From the NCBI GenBank assembly GCA_021821785.1, contig JAKACD010000003.1, forward strand, positions 8,462 through 72,461: DNA of 64,000 nt, in the 5' to 3' direction. Shown here piece after piece: positions 15,559-23,959 of the stretch (within the stretch, counting starts at the first letter, position 1; every line of letters starts with the position of its first letter). The position numbers and the translations under genes are program-made. The notes under the pieces were generated by a model that was not told the DNA's origin, did not search any database, and saw only the letters and a program-made list of their open reading frames with translations. The DNA is from Thermoplasmata archaeon (GTDB lineage: Archaea > Thermoplasmatota > Thermoplasmata > Lutacidiplasmatales > UBA184).

Positions 15559-16995
15559 ATGGCCGCGAAGAACGCCGGGGCACCGAAGGGCGCGCCCGAG
15601 CTCCCGGTCCCCATCGACTACCGCACCATCGACCGGGTCTCGGGACCGCTGCTGTTCGTCCGCGAGGTCGCGAACGCCGCCTACGGGGAGATCGTCGAGA
15701 TCGCGCTCCCCAACGGGGAGCGCCGGCAGGGGCAGGTGCTCGACTCGAGAAAGGGGCTCGCGATCGTCCAGGTCTTCGGCCCGACGATGGGCATCAACGT
15801 GGAAGGCACGAGCGTGAAGTTCTTGGGCGAGGTCGCGACCCTCGCCGTCTCGGACGAGCTACTCGGCCGGGTCTTCAATGGTCTCGGCGAGCCGCGCGAC
15901 GGCGGGCCGAAGATCGTGAGCGATACCCGGCTCGAGATCGTCGGGAACGCGATGAACCCGTACTCGCGCGAGGAGCCGAGCGAGTTCATCCAGACCGGGA
16001 TCAGCACGATCGACGTCAACAACACGCTGGTCCGCGGCCAGAAGCTTCCGATCTTCTCCGCGGCGGGCCTGCCGCACAACCAGATCGCCGCGCAGATCGT
16101 CCGCCAGGCGAAGCTGCGCGATTCGACCGAAGGGTTCGCGGTCGTCTTCGCCGCGATGGGGATCACGAGCGAGGAGGCGAACTACTTCCTGAAGGAGTTC
16201 GAATCGACCGGCGCGCTCGAGCGGGCCGTCGTCTTCCTGAACCTCTCGAGCGACCCCTCCATGGAGCGGGTCGTCACGCCGCGGATGGCGCTCACGGCCG
16301 CGGAGTTCCTCGCCTACGAGCGGAACCTCCACGTCCTCGTCATCCTGACCGACATGACGAGCTACTGCGAGGCGCTCCGCGAGGTCTCCGCCGCGCGCGA
16401 GGAGGTGCCGGGCCGCCGGGGGTACCCGGGGTACCTCTATACCGACCTGGCCACGATCTACGAGCGGGCCGGGAAGATCCACGGCCGCAAGGGCTCGATC
16501 ACGCAGCTGCCGATCCTGACGATGCCGGCGGACGACGTCACGCACCCGATCCCGGACCTCACGGGCTACATCACCGAGGGCCAGGTCTACGTGAGCCGCG
16601 AGCTCCAGCGCAAGGGGGTCTACCCCCCGATCGATGTCCTGCCGAGCCTCTCCCGGCTGATGAGCCTCGGGATCGGCAAGGGCCGCACCCGGGAGGACCA
16701 CCGCGGGGTCTCCGACCAATTGTTCGCGGCGTACGCCACGGGCAAGGACCAGCGCGCGCTCAGCGCGATCGTCGGGGAGGAGGCGCTCAGCCCGACCGAC
16801 CGGATCTACCTGCGCGCCGCCGACCGCTACGAGAAGGAGTTCGTCAACCAGCGCCCCGACGAGGACCGGTCGATCGACCAGAGCCTCGCGATCGCCTGGA
16901 ACATCCTCTCCGACTTCCCCGACTCCGAACTCAAGCGGATCCGGCCCGAGTTCATCACCCAGTACCGCACGCACCCCCCGGTCGCGGGCGCCTAG
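15559..16995 (+). CDS. atpB: A-type ATP synthase subunit B
   Basis: 478 aa with the typical V/A-type B subunit sequence ([15 protein letters not shown]..., [15 protein letters not shown]). Confidence 0.95.
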   Translation: MAAKNAGAPKGAPELPVPIDYRTIDRVSGPLLFVREVANAAYGEIVEIALPNGERRQGQVLDSRKGLAIVQVFGPTMGINVEGTSVKFLGEVATLAVSDELLGRVFNGLGEPRDGGPKIVSDTRLEIVGNAMNPYSREEPSEFIQTGISTIDVNNTLVRGQKLPIFSAAGLPHNQIAAQIVRQAKLRDSTEGFAVVFAAMGITSEEANYFLKEFESTGALERAVVFLNLSSDPSMERVVTPRMALTAAEFLAYERNLHVLVILTDMTSYCEALREVSAAREEVPGRRGYPGYLYTDLATIYERAGKIHGRKGSITQLPILTMPADDVTHPIPDLTGYITEGQVYVSRELQRKGVYPPIDVLPSLSRLMSLGIGKGRTREDHRGVSDQLFAAYATGKDQRALSAIVGEEALSPTDRIYLRAADRYEKEFVNQRPDEDRSIDQSLAIAWNILSDFPDSELKRIRPEFITQYRTHPPVAGA

Positions 16996-17014
16996 GACCC
17001 GAGGAAGGGATGCC

Positions 17015-17659
17015 GTGGCGATCGAGAACGTCCGACCGACCCGACTCGAGCTCCTACGCACGCGCCGGCGCATCGGGGTCGCGAAGCGCGGGTTGAACCT
17101 GCTCAAGCTGAAACGCTCGGCCCTGATCGCCGAGTTCTTCGCGATCTCCCGCGAGGCCCTGCGCCTCCGCGGAGACCTCCAGCAGCGGATCGCCCGCGGC
17201 TACGAGTCGATCCGCAACGCGGAGATGATGGAAGGCCCGACGCGCCTCGAGAACATCTCGATGCTGCTCCCGGACGTTCGGCCGGTGACGGTCTCGACGA
17301 AGAACGTCATGGGCGTGCGCACGCCGCGCGTCGACCGGGGCGGCTACGCGCCCACGGAGGCGGCCTCGCTCCTCGACCTCCCGACCTCCGTGCAGGAGTC
17401 GATCCGCCACTTCCAGGGGATCTACCAGGTCGTGCTCGACATCGCCGAGAAGGAGAACGCGCTCCGTCGGCTGCTCAAGGAGATCGAGAAGACGAAGCGG
17501 CGGGCGAGCGCGATCGAGAACGTGCTCATCCCCCGGCTCGAGGCGACCGTGCGCTACATCAAGTTCCGGTTCGACGAGATGGAACGCGACGCGTTCAGCA
17601 TGTTGAAGACCGTCAAGCGCAAGATGGAGCAGGAGGGCTCGGGTGTCGCCGTCGCCTGA
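17015..17659 (+). CDS. atpD: A-type ATP synthase subunit D
   Basis: 214 aa. The coiled-coil pattern is PTRLELLRTRRRIGVAKRGLNLLKLKR... Confidence 0.9.
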   Translation: MAIENVRPTRLELLRTRRRIGVAKRGLNLLKLKRSALIAEFFAISREALRLRGDLQQRIARGYESIRNAEMMEGPTRLENISMLLPDVRPVTVSTKNVMGVRTPRVDRGGYAPTEAASLLDLPTSVQESIRHFQGIYQVVLDIAEKENALRRLLKEIEKTKRRASAIENVLIPRLEATVRYIKFRFDEMERDAFSMLKTVKRKMEQEGSGVAVA

Positions 17660-17771
17660 GGCCGCGGTCCGCCGGTTCTCCGCCGTCTGGGCCGCGAGCG
17701 TCGCGATCAAGGTCGCCGCGCTCGCCCTCTTCCTCGTCCTGATCACGAGCTACCTGGGAGGACACCTATGA
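17643..17771 (+). CDS. possible 42-aa single-TM micro-protein between atpD and atpH
   Basis: Hand-found GTG ORF: VSPSPEAAVRRFSAVWAASVAIKVAALALFLVLITSYLGGHL*. GC is very high at third codon positions. Its stop forms an ATGA overlap with the atpH start (17768). It fills an otherwise 108-nt gap inside a tight operon. Confidence 0.3.
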   Translation: MSPSPEAAVRRFSAVWAASVAIKVAALALFLVLITSYLGGHL

Positions 17772-18133
17772 GCACCACCGAAGCGACGGCCCCGCCGGCC
17801 GATACGGGCACGATCGAGGCGCTGAAGCGGATCAAGGCCGCCGAGGTCGAGTGGGACCAGCGGATCGCCGAAGCGAAACGCGAGGCCGCGCGCGCGCTGG
17901 AGCGGATGCGCCAGGAGACGGAGGCGGCGGTCGCGGCCGCGCACGAGCAGGCCGAGCGGGAGCGGACGCGGGCGGTCGAGGCCGCGCGCGCGAACGCGGA
18001 CCTCGAGGCCCAGGAGATTCTCGCCCGGGGCGAGCGAGAGGCCGCGACGGTCCTCGCCGGGGCGGGGACCGGCGTCGCCGGCAAGAAAGAGGAGATCCTC
18101 TCGGCCGTCCTGTCGAGCTTCTACGTGGAGTGA
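17768..18133 (+). CDS. atpH: A-type ATP synthase subunit H
   Basis: 121-aa Ala/Glu/Arg-rich coiled coil immediately upstream of atpI. Confidence 0.7.
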   Translation: MSTTEATAPPADTGTIEALKRIKAAEVEWDQRIAEAKREAARALERMRQETEAAVAAAHEQAERERTRAVEAARANADLEAQEILARGEREAATVLAGAGTGVAGKKEEILSAVLSSFYVE

Positions 18134-18145
18134 CGGGGTCGCTCG

Positions 18146-20149
18146 ATGGCGCTGCGTCCGATCCGGATGGTAAAGGTCGGCCTCCTCGGCCTGCGCGAGG
18201 ACGAGGAACGGGTCCTGACCATCCTGCACGACCTGCGCGTCGCCCAGGTCGAGCCGCTCACCCCCGCCGCGATGGCCGAGCTCGCCCCCGAGCGGGGCTC
18301 GGAGACCCTGCGGCGGGTCGGGGACGAGACGCTGCGCTTCCGCGGACTGTTGAGCGCGCTCCCCCCGGCGGGCACGGCGGCCCCCCGGCGGTTCGACTCG
18401 CTCGGCGACATCTTCCGGGCGGCCCAGTCCGTCCCGATCGACGCCGAGGTCGGCGAGCTGAAGCGCGAGGACGACCGGCTCCTGACCGAGAAGAAGGCCG
18501 CAACCGACACGGTCGAACTGCTCGAGGCGATGGCGTTCTACCGCGACCGGCTCGACCTCCTCCGGTCCGCGAACTTCCTCAGTTTCTACGGGGAGGCCCC
18601 GACCGAGGGGTTCGAGGCGCTCCGGGCGTCGCTCCCCGCCGAGGCCGACGCGCGCTTCCTCCTCGGGCCGACCGCGGACGAACGGGTCCGCTTCCTCGTC
18701 ATCGCCCGCCCGGCGGGGTCGGAGGCGCTCAGCCGCGCGGCCCAGAGCCGGGGCGTCCGCCTCACCGCGGTCCCCCCGCTCCACGGGACGCCGAACGAGG
18801 AGCTCGTCGAGCTCCGCGCCCGGCTCGACACGATCGCCGAGCGACGGCGCGCGATCGCCGGCCGGCTCCGGGAGATCGCCGAGCAATGGTATCCATTCGT
18901 CGCGGCGGTCGACGAAGCGCTCGAGATCGAGAACCGGAAGGCCGAGGTCCTCGCGAAGCTCGGCGCGAGTCGCGCGACCTTCGCGCTCGAGGCCTGGGTC
19001 CCGGCCCGGGACCTCGAGCGGCTGCGCGCGGTCGTCACCGAGGCGGCGGGGGGCCGGGTCCACTTCTACGAGGTCCCCACCCGGGAAGAGCCGCCGACGA
19101 TGATGAGCAACCCGAGCGGCGTCCGCCGCTTCGAGTTCTTCGTCCGGTTCTACTCCCTCCCGCAGGCGACCGAGTGGGACCCCACGCTCGTCTTCGCGAT
19201 CGCGTTCCCCATCTTCTTCGGCTTCATGCTCGGCGACTGGGGCTACGGCCTCACGATCCTCCTGATCTCGCTCTGGATGATCGCGGGATTCCCGGGCGCG
19301 CGCTACCTCCCGAAGGCCGGGAAGAACTTCGTGAAGATGATCATGGGGCCGCAGGGGATGCAGCAGCTCGCCTACGCGCTCCTGCCCGGCTGCGGGCTCG
19401 CGATCGCGCTCGGGCTCGTCTGGGACGAGTTCTTCGGCATCCACCTCTTCGGGCTCCTGTTCGGCTACACGACGCCGCTCGACCCCGCGAGCAAGGCCGG
19501 CGTCCCGGTGCTCCTCCTGTTCGCCGGTTTCGTCGGGCTCGGGATGGTCGTCCTCGGGTTCGTCTTCGGGGCGCTCAAGGAGTACTTCCACCACCACCCG
19601 CGCGGGGTCGTCGCGAAGTCGGGCGGGATCCTGTTCGCGTTCGGGGTGGCGTTCTTCGGGCTCTCGGTCATCCACAAGCAGACCTCCTTCGGGAACCCGC
19701 TCTTCGACCTCTACCTCGCGCTCCTCCTGGCCGGCCTCGTGCTCCTCGTCTTCGGCGAGGGAGTCCAGATGGGGATGATGGGGCTCATCGAGGTCGTGAG
19801 CCACATTCTCTCCTACACGCGGCTTGTGGGGATCCTGCTCGCGAGCGTGATCCTCGCGCTCGTGATCAACTCGATCGGCAGCGGCCTCGTCTACGGCGGG
19901 ACGGCCCTCGGGATCCTCTTCGGGCTCGTCATCCTCATCGTCGGCCAGTCGTTCAACGTCATCCTCGGGGTCTTCGAACCCGGGATCCAGGGAGCGCGAC
20001 TGATCTTCGTCGAGTACTTCTCGAAGTTCTACAGCGGGAACGGCCGGCCGTTCCGGCCGTTCGGGGCCGCGCGACGGCACACCGTGAGCTCGATCGGCCC
20101 GGACGGCGGGGTCGCGAAGGGGCCGATCCTGCAGGGCCCCGAGAGCTGA
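18146..20149 (+). CDS. atpI: A-type ATP synthase subunit I (membrane a-subunit)
   Basis: 667 aa with a soluble N-terminal half and a polytopic C-terminal half (SHILSYTRLVGILLAS motif). Confidence 0.9.
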   Translation: MALRPIRMVKVGLLGLREDEERVLTILHDLRVAQVEPLTPAAMAELAPERGSETLRRVGDETLRFRGLLSALPPAGTAAPRRFDSLGDIFRAAQSVPIDAEVGELKREDDRLLTEKKAATDTVELLEAMAFYRDRLDLLRSANFLSFYGEAPTEGFEALRASLPAEADARFLLGPTADERVRFLVIARPAGSEALSRAAQSRGVRLTAVPPLHGTPNEELVELRARLDTIAERRRAIAGRLREIAEQWYPFVAAVDEALEIENRKAEVLAKLGASRATFALEAWVPARDLERLRAVVTEAAGGRVHFYEVPTREEPPTMMSNPSGVRRFEFFVRFYSLPQATEWDPTLVFAIAFPIFFGFMLGDWGYGLTILLISLWMIAGFPGARYLPKAGKNFVKMIMGPQGMQQLAYALLPGCGLAIALGLVWDEFFGIHLFGLLFGYTTPLDPASKAGVPVLLLFAGFVGLGMVVLGFVFGALKEYFHHHPRGVVAKSGGILFAFGVAFFGLSVIHKQTSFGNPLFDLYLALLLAGLVLLVFGEGVQMGMMGLIEVVSHILSYTRLVGILLASVILALVINSIGSGLVYGGTALGILFGLVILIVGQSFNVILGVFEPGIQGARLIFVEYFSKFYSGNGRPFRPFGAARRHTVSSIGPDGGVAKGPILQGPES

Positions 20150-20195
20150 CCGGTCGGGACGGGCGCCTCGGCGGGCGCGATCGGCGGGACCGGAT

Positions 20196-21272
20196 TTAGA
20201 GCCGCGGCGAGATGAGGAGCGGCGTGAGGCGCTCCGGCGCGAAGCCGTAGAGGCGGCCGAAGACGAGGCGGCGCAGGTCCGAGCGCTCGAGCTCGGCGAG
20301 GAGCAGGTAGGTGAAGATCACTCCGAGGCTGAGCGGATACGCCCGCATTCGCTTGAGCTCGGTGAGCGCCCGGTCGCGCTGGATCGCGACCTCGTAGCCC
20401 GACAGGCTCGCGCCGTTGGTGAAGTCGCCGGTCCCGTCGGCGATCGACGGGAAGCGCGTCGCGAGCCGCTCGGCGAGCTCGGGGACGCCGCGGGCCGCGT
20501 AGAGGTCGGGGGCCTGGGCGGCGGTGAGGGTCCCCCCGTCGAGCCACCGACCGAGGACGGCCTCGACCGGAAGCGCCGCGCTCTTCCCCTTGAGGAGCAG
20601 CATCGCGTTGCGGACATCGAGCTCGCTCTGGATGAACGAGCGGACGACCCACTCGTCGCCCTGGAAGAACCGGGCCGCCTCGAGGACCGCCTTGAAGTAC
20701 TGGCGGTCGAGCGCCTGGAGGACCGGGAAGATGTCGTGCGTCCGCTCGAACGCCTCGAGGAGCGGCAGGATCGTGCCGCCGTAGCCGTACTTCACGAGCT
20801 GGCTCACCGTCGCCTCGAGGGTCGGCTGGCCGAGGACGATGCGGAAGTCGTCGAGCGTCATCACCCCGGCGTAGAGCCCCGCGGGGATGTCGCGGCTCGA
20901 GACGAGGTGGTCCTCGGTCTCGGTGATCGTCCGGCCGAGCGCCTTCGCGCTCAGGATCATCTCGATGTTCTGGATGTCCCACCGTCCGAGGTACGCCGCC
21001 ACGACCGCGCGTCCGGCGAACGGGGCCGCCTCGTAGGCGTGGCGGTTCCGCCGGACGAACGTGCGGTTGATCGCGACCTCGACCAGGGTCGATCCGGCGT
21101 GGGTCGCCCGGGCCCGCGCGACCTCGGGCGCGTACGGGGTCGTCTCGAGCAGCTTCGCGAACTCGTTCGGCTCCTTCGCGCCGGCGAGGCTCGGCCAGAG
21201 GTCGCGGCCGAGGAAGGTCGAGAACTCGGGCTTGAGCCGCCCGAGCGCGCTGGCGTAGGGGGAGCCGGCCAT
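20196..21272 (-). CDS. atpC: A-type ATP synthase subunit C (V0 d-like)
   Basis: 358 aa, typical AtpC sequence (WDIQNIEMILSAK..., LSLGVIFTYLLLAELE). Confidence 0.9.
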   Translation of the reverse strand: MAGSPYASALGRLKPEFSTFLGRDLWPSLAGAKEPNEFAKLLETTPYAPEVARARATHAGSTLVEVAINRTFVRRNRHAYEAAPFAGRAVVAAYLGRWDIQNIEMILSAKALGRTITETEDHLVSSRDIPAGLYAGVMTLDDFRIVLGQPTLEATVSQLVKYGYGGTILPLLEAFERTHDIFPVLQALDRQYFKAVLEAARFFQGDEWVVRSFIQSELDVRNAMLLLKGKSAALPVEAVLGRWLDGGTLTAAQAPDLYAARGVPELAERLATRFPSIADGTGDFTNGASLSGYEVAIQRDRALTELKRMRAYPLSLGVIFTYLLLAELERSDLRRLVFGRLYGFAPERLTPLLISPRL

Positions 21273-21287
21273 CGGTCGCGAACCCCC

Positions 21288-21839
21288 TTAGGCGAGCAGC
21301 TCGCGGACCCGGTCCTCGTGGAGGCGCAGGAGCTCGTCGAACGAGAGGTTGAGCCGTCGGGCACCGTCCGGGGTCTCCGCGATGAGCCCACCGAGGATCG
21401 TCTCCGGGGTCGGGTCGAACGTCTTGCCCGCGAGCTTCGCGAGGAGCGGCGCGTCCTCCGCCCGCCCGCGCACCCGGAGCTGCTTACCGAGCGTGTCGGA
21501 GGCGACGGCGACCATCCGCTTCAGGGTCGGGCCGTAGCGGTTCGTGTCGGTGTACGACTCGAGCAGCTTGCGGGTCTCGGCCATCCCCGCCGTCAGCCGC
21601 TGCTCCCGGGCGCCGTAGAGCCGCTTGCGCGACTGGAGCTTCGCGGCAGCGAGCCGCTGGGCGCGCTCCCGAGCGACCTCGACCTCGGTCGAGCGGGTCG
21701 CGTGGGTCTGGACCTCGCCGACTCGGCGATCGCGCTCGGCCCCGAGGCGGGCCTCCTCGGCGACCCGGGCCTTCTCGATCGACTCGAGCTCGGCCTGGCC
21801 CCGCCGGCGGATCTCCTCCACCAGGCTCTCGAGGGTCAT
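21288..21839 (-). CDS. atpE: A-type ATP synthase subunit E
   Basis: 183 aa with an N-terminal coiled coil and a C-terminal globular domain, located between atpK and atpC. Confidence 0.85.
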   Translation of the reverse strand: MTLESLVEEIRRRGQAELESIEKARVAEEARLGAERDRRVGEVQTHATRSTEVEVARERAQRLAAAKLQSRKRLYGAREQRLTAGMAETRKLLESYTDTNRYGPTLKRMVAVASDTLGKQLRVRGRAEDAPLLAKLAGKTFDPTPETILGGLIAETPDGARRLNLSFDELLRLHEDRVRELLA

Positions 21840-21858
21840 GGGGCGGCGGCCGGGGCCT

Positions 21859-22083
21859 TTAGGAGATGACCCCGAGCAGGAGGATGATCCCCAGCACGAA
21901 GCCGATGATCCAGAGCGTCTCAGGAATGACGAAGAAGAACAGTACCTGGCCGAACTTCTCCGGCTTCTCCGCGATGATCCCCATACCGGCAGCCCCGATT
22001 CCGGACTGGGCCATGCCCGTGCCGATCAGTCCACCGGCGATTGCGATCCCCGCGGCCAGCGTTGCGTAGTCTGACGCCACCAT
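21859..22083 (-). CDS. atpK: A-type ATP synthase proteolipid subunit K (c-subunit)
   Basis: Two-TM hairpin with the conserved carboxylate in FVIPETLWI. ATG at 22083 is preferred over the tracked start at 22107. Confidence 0.9.
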   Translation of the reverse strand: MVASDYATLAAGIAIAGGLIGTGMAQSGIGAAGMGIIAEKPEKFGQVLFFFVIPETLWIIGFVLGIILLLGVIS

Positions 22084-22113
22084 AGGCAAACCGGGCCGGC
22101 CGAGCAAGGTCGG

Positions 22114-22122
22114 GTATATAAC
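22114..22122 (-). promoter_or_regulatory. TATA box (GTTATATAC on the minus strand) for atpKEC
   Basis: An AT island ~31 nt upstream of the atpK ATG at 22083. Confidence 0.45.
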
Positions 22123-22174
22123 CGCCCCTCCCGGGACGCTCCCCGGCCGAGAGAGAACGCCGCCGTCGCGAGGG

Positions 22175-22666
22175 CTAAGCGGCGTCCCCTTCCGGGGACT
22201 CCGTCGGCCGCTCCTTCGCCGCGCCCTTCCCGCCCGGTCGAGGAGCGCGCACGAGCAGGATCGATCCGATCCACGCGAGCACTCCGAACGCTTCCGCGCT
22301 CGCGCAGACCACGCAGAAGGCGCCGATCTCCACGAGCTGGACGTAGAGGAAGTAGGCGGAGAAGGCGACCCCGAGCGTCGTGAGCAGGAGCAGGAGATAC
22401 GGCCAGACCCGCACCCGCGGCCGGGACTCGGCGATCCCCGCGACCACGAGGATGGCGATGAACCCCCCGACGCCGATCAGGTAGTCGGGGATGCCGAGGG
22501 TGGAGGTCTTGCCGCTCTGGTCGACGGTCGCGCAGGAGAAGAACTGGCTGATCGTGCAGAGGCTGCGGAGCGACGCTTCGTAGTACTCGAGGACCGCGAA
22601 GAACGAGATGATGAGCCCGATACCGGCGGCGAGGAAGATCAGCGACCGGATCGTTCGGGTCCGCAC
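22175..22666 (-). CDS. vitamin K epoxide reductase (VKOR) family protein
   Basis: 163 aa with four TM segments. The loop Cys pair is CTISQFFSC (C-x7-C), and the active site CVVC lies in the last TM. Confidence 0.8.
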   Translation of the reverse strand: MRTRTIRSLIFLAAGIGLIISFFAVLEYYEASLRSLCTISQFFSCATVDQSGKTSTLGIPDYLIGVGGFIAILVVAGIAESRPRVRVWPYLLLLLTTLGVAFSAYFLYVQLVEIGAFCVVCASAEAFGVLAWIGSILLVRAPRPGGKGAAKERPTESPEGDAA

Positions 22667-22687
22667 GGTTCGTTCCTACCCGGGGGC

Positions 22688-23887
22688 CTAGTGGATGGCC
22701 GCCACGTCGGCCGAGACGGCGCTCGCGGTCGCCGTAGACCAGCCATACTGGCTCGCGAGCGTGGTCACCGGCTCCCCGGACGCCTTCGCGATGAACGCCA
22801 TGGTCCACCAGGTCTGGCCCTGGACGACGAGCCACGCGCTGCCGGCCGCGGTATCCTCGCCCGCCACCTGGGCCGCGACCGTCGAGGGGGCCATCGGCTG
22901 GCCCCCCGGACGGAGGTCGCTCGGGTTGATGAGCGAACTGCCGCCGTGGACGTACTGGCCGTTCACGACCACGAACGGGATCGAGTTCCCGCTGTAGGCC
23001 GTGACATACGCCTGCTGCACGCAGCCCGCGGTCCCGGGGAACTGCCCGTCGACCCCCGAAGTGTCCTCGCTGACCTGGAACACCGCGGTCGGCGAGGTCG
23101 TCTGGACATAGGCCAGCACCATCTCCGGGGTGTTCGGATAAACGTCGTTGGGGCTCGAGGAACCGAGCTGGGCTCCCGGTACGAGGGTCGTGGACGAAGG
23201 ATTCGATTTGTGGCCGGGCTCGTAGTTGCTGAGCGCGGCCCAGACCGCCCAGCTGCTCGCCGAGCAGTACGGGCACCACGTAGCGCCGTAGAAATAGACG
23301 ACGGGCTCGCCGCCCTGCTGCCAGGGGGCGACCCCGACGGACGTCCAGCCGTCGGATTGGGAGGTCGTGGTCGCGGGGAGGAACGGACAGCCGAAGAAGG
23401 CGACGCCCCCGACCGCGATGAGGGCCGAGAAGACCAGTCCGAGGACCACGCCCGAGATGACCGTGCCCCGGAGCACCTTGCTCCACCGCGGTCCGCTCTG
23501 TCGCCAGAGGGCGAAGACGAGGAGGAACGCCACGACGGCGAAGGCGAGGGCGAGCCAGGGGATCGCCGGCAGCACGAGGCCGATCGGCGAAGGGACGAGG
23601 TAGGCGAACAGGAACCAGAGTCCGAAGACCGGTGTCAAAAGGAACCCGTACCGCTTCAGGGTCCAGCGCTGCTCGAGCTCGTCCGTCGCGCGCTTCGAGA
23701 CCTTCTTCTCGACCGGCGGGCCCTGGCGGGCCTCTCGGGAGCGACGGTGATGGTAGAGGGTGCGCAGCGCGCGCCCGGGATGGACCATCGCGGCGTCCGG
23801 GTGGAAGCCGACCTTCGCGTCGTCCGCGATCCGGTCCCACTCCCAGCCCTTCTCCCGAAGCTCCTCCACTCGGTCCCAGTCGACCAC
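22688..23887 (-). CDS. membrane-anchored DUF929 thioredoxin-like protein (paralogue 1)
   Basis: 399 aa with a cytoplasmic N-domain and three TM segments. The extracytoplasmic domain carries GATWCPYCSASSWAVWAAL and VVNGQYVHGGSSL, the DUF929 pattern. Confidence 0.75.
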   Translation of the reverse strand: MVDWDRVEELREKGWEWDRIADDAKVGFHPDAAMVHPGRALRTLYHHRRSREARQGPPVEKKVSKRATDELEQRWTLKRYGFLLTPVFGLWFLFAYLVPSPIGLVLPAIPWLALAFAVVAFLLVFALWRQSGPRWSKVLRGTVISGVVLGLVFSALIAVGGVAFFGCPFLPATTTSQSDGWTSVGVAPWQQGGEPVVYFYGATWCPYCSASSWAVWAALSNYEPGHKSNPSSTTLVPGAQLGSSSPNDVYPNTPEMVLAYVQTTSPTAVFQVSEDTSGVDGQFPGTAGCVQQAYVTAYSGNSIPFVVVNGQYVHGGSSLINPSDLRPGGQPMAPSTVAAQVAGEDTAAGSAWLVVQGQTWWTMAFIAKASGEPVTTLASQYGWSTATASAVSADVAAIH

Positions 23888-23959
23888 GGCCCTCTGAGCC
23901 GGGACCCCCTCTTCCCTTTTTGCCCCCCGGACCGCCGACCCGCGGCCGCAGGCGAGCCG

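Noticed and set aside
13428-20080. Long minus-strand ORFs (13428..15614, 15859..17106, 17750..20080) and the plus-frame ORF 17851..20199 across the ATP synthase genes
   Set aside because: All are antisense or out-of-frame relative to atpA, atpB, atpD, atpH and atpI. Their composition is Asp/Glu/Arg/Gly/Pro-rich with no domain signatures.
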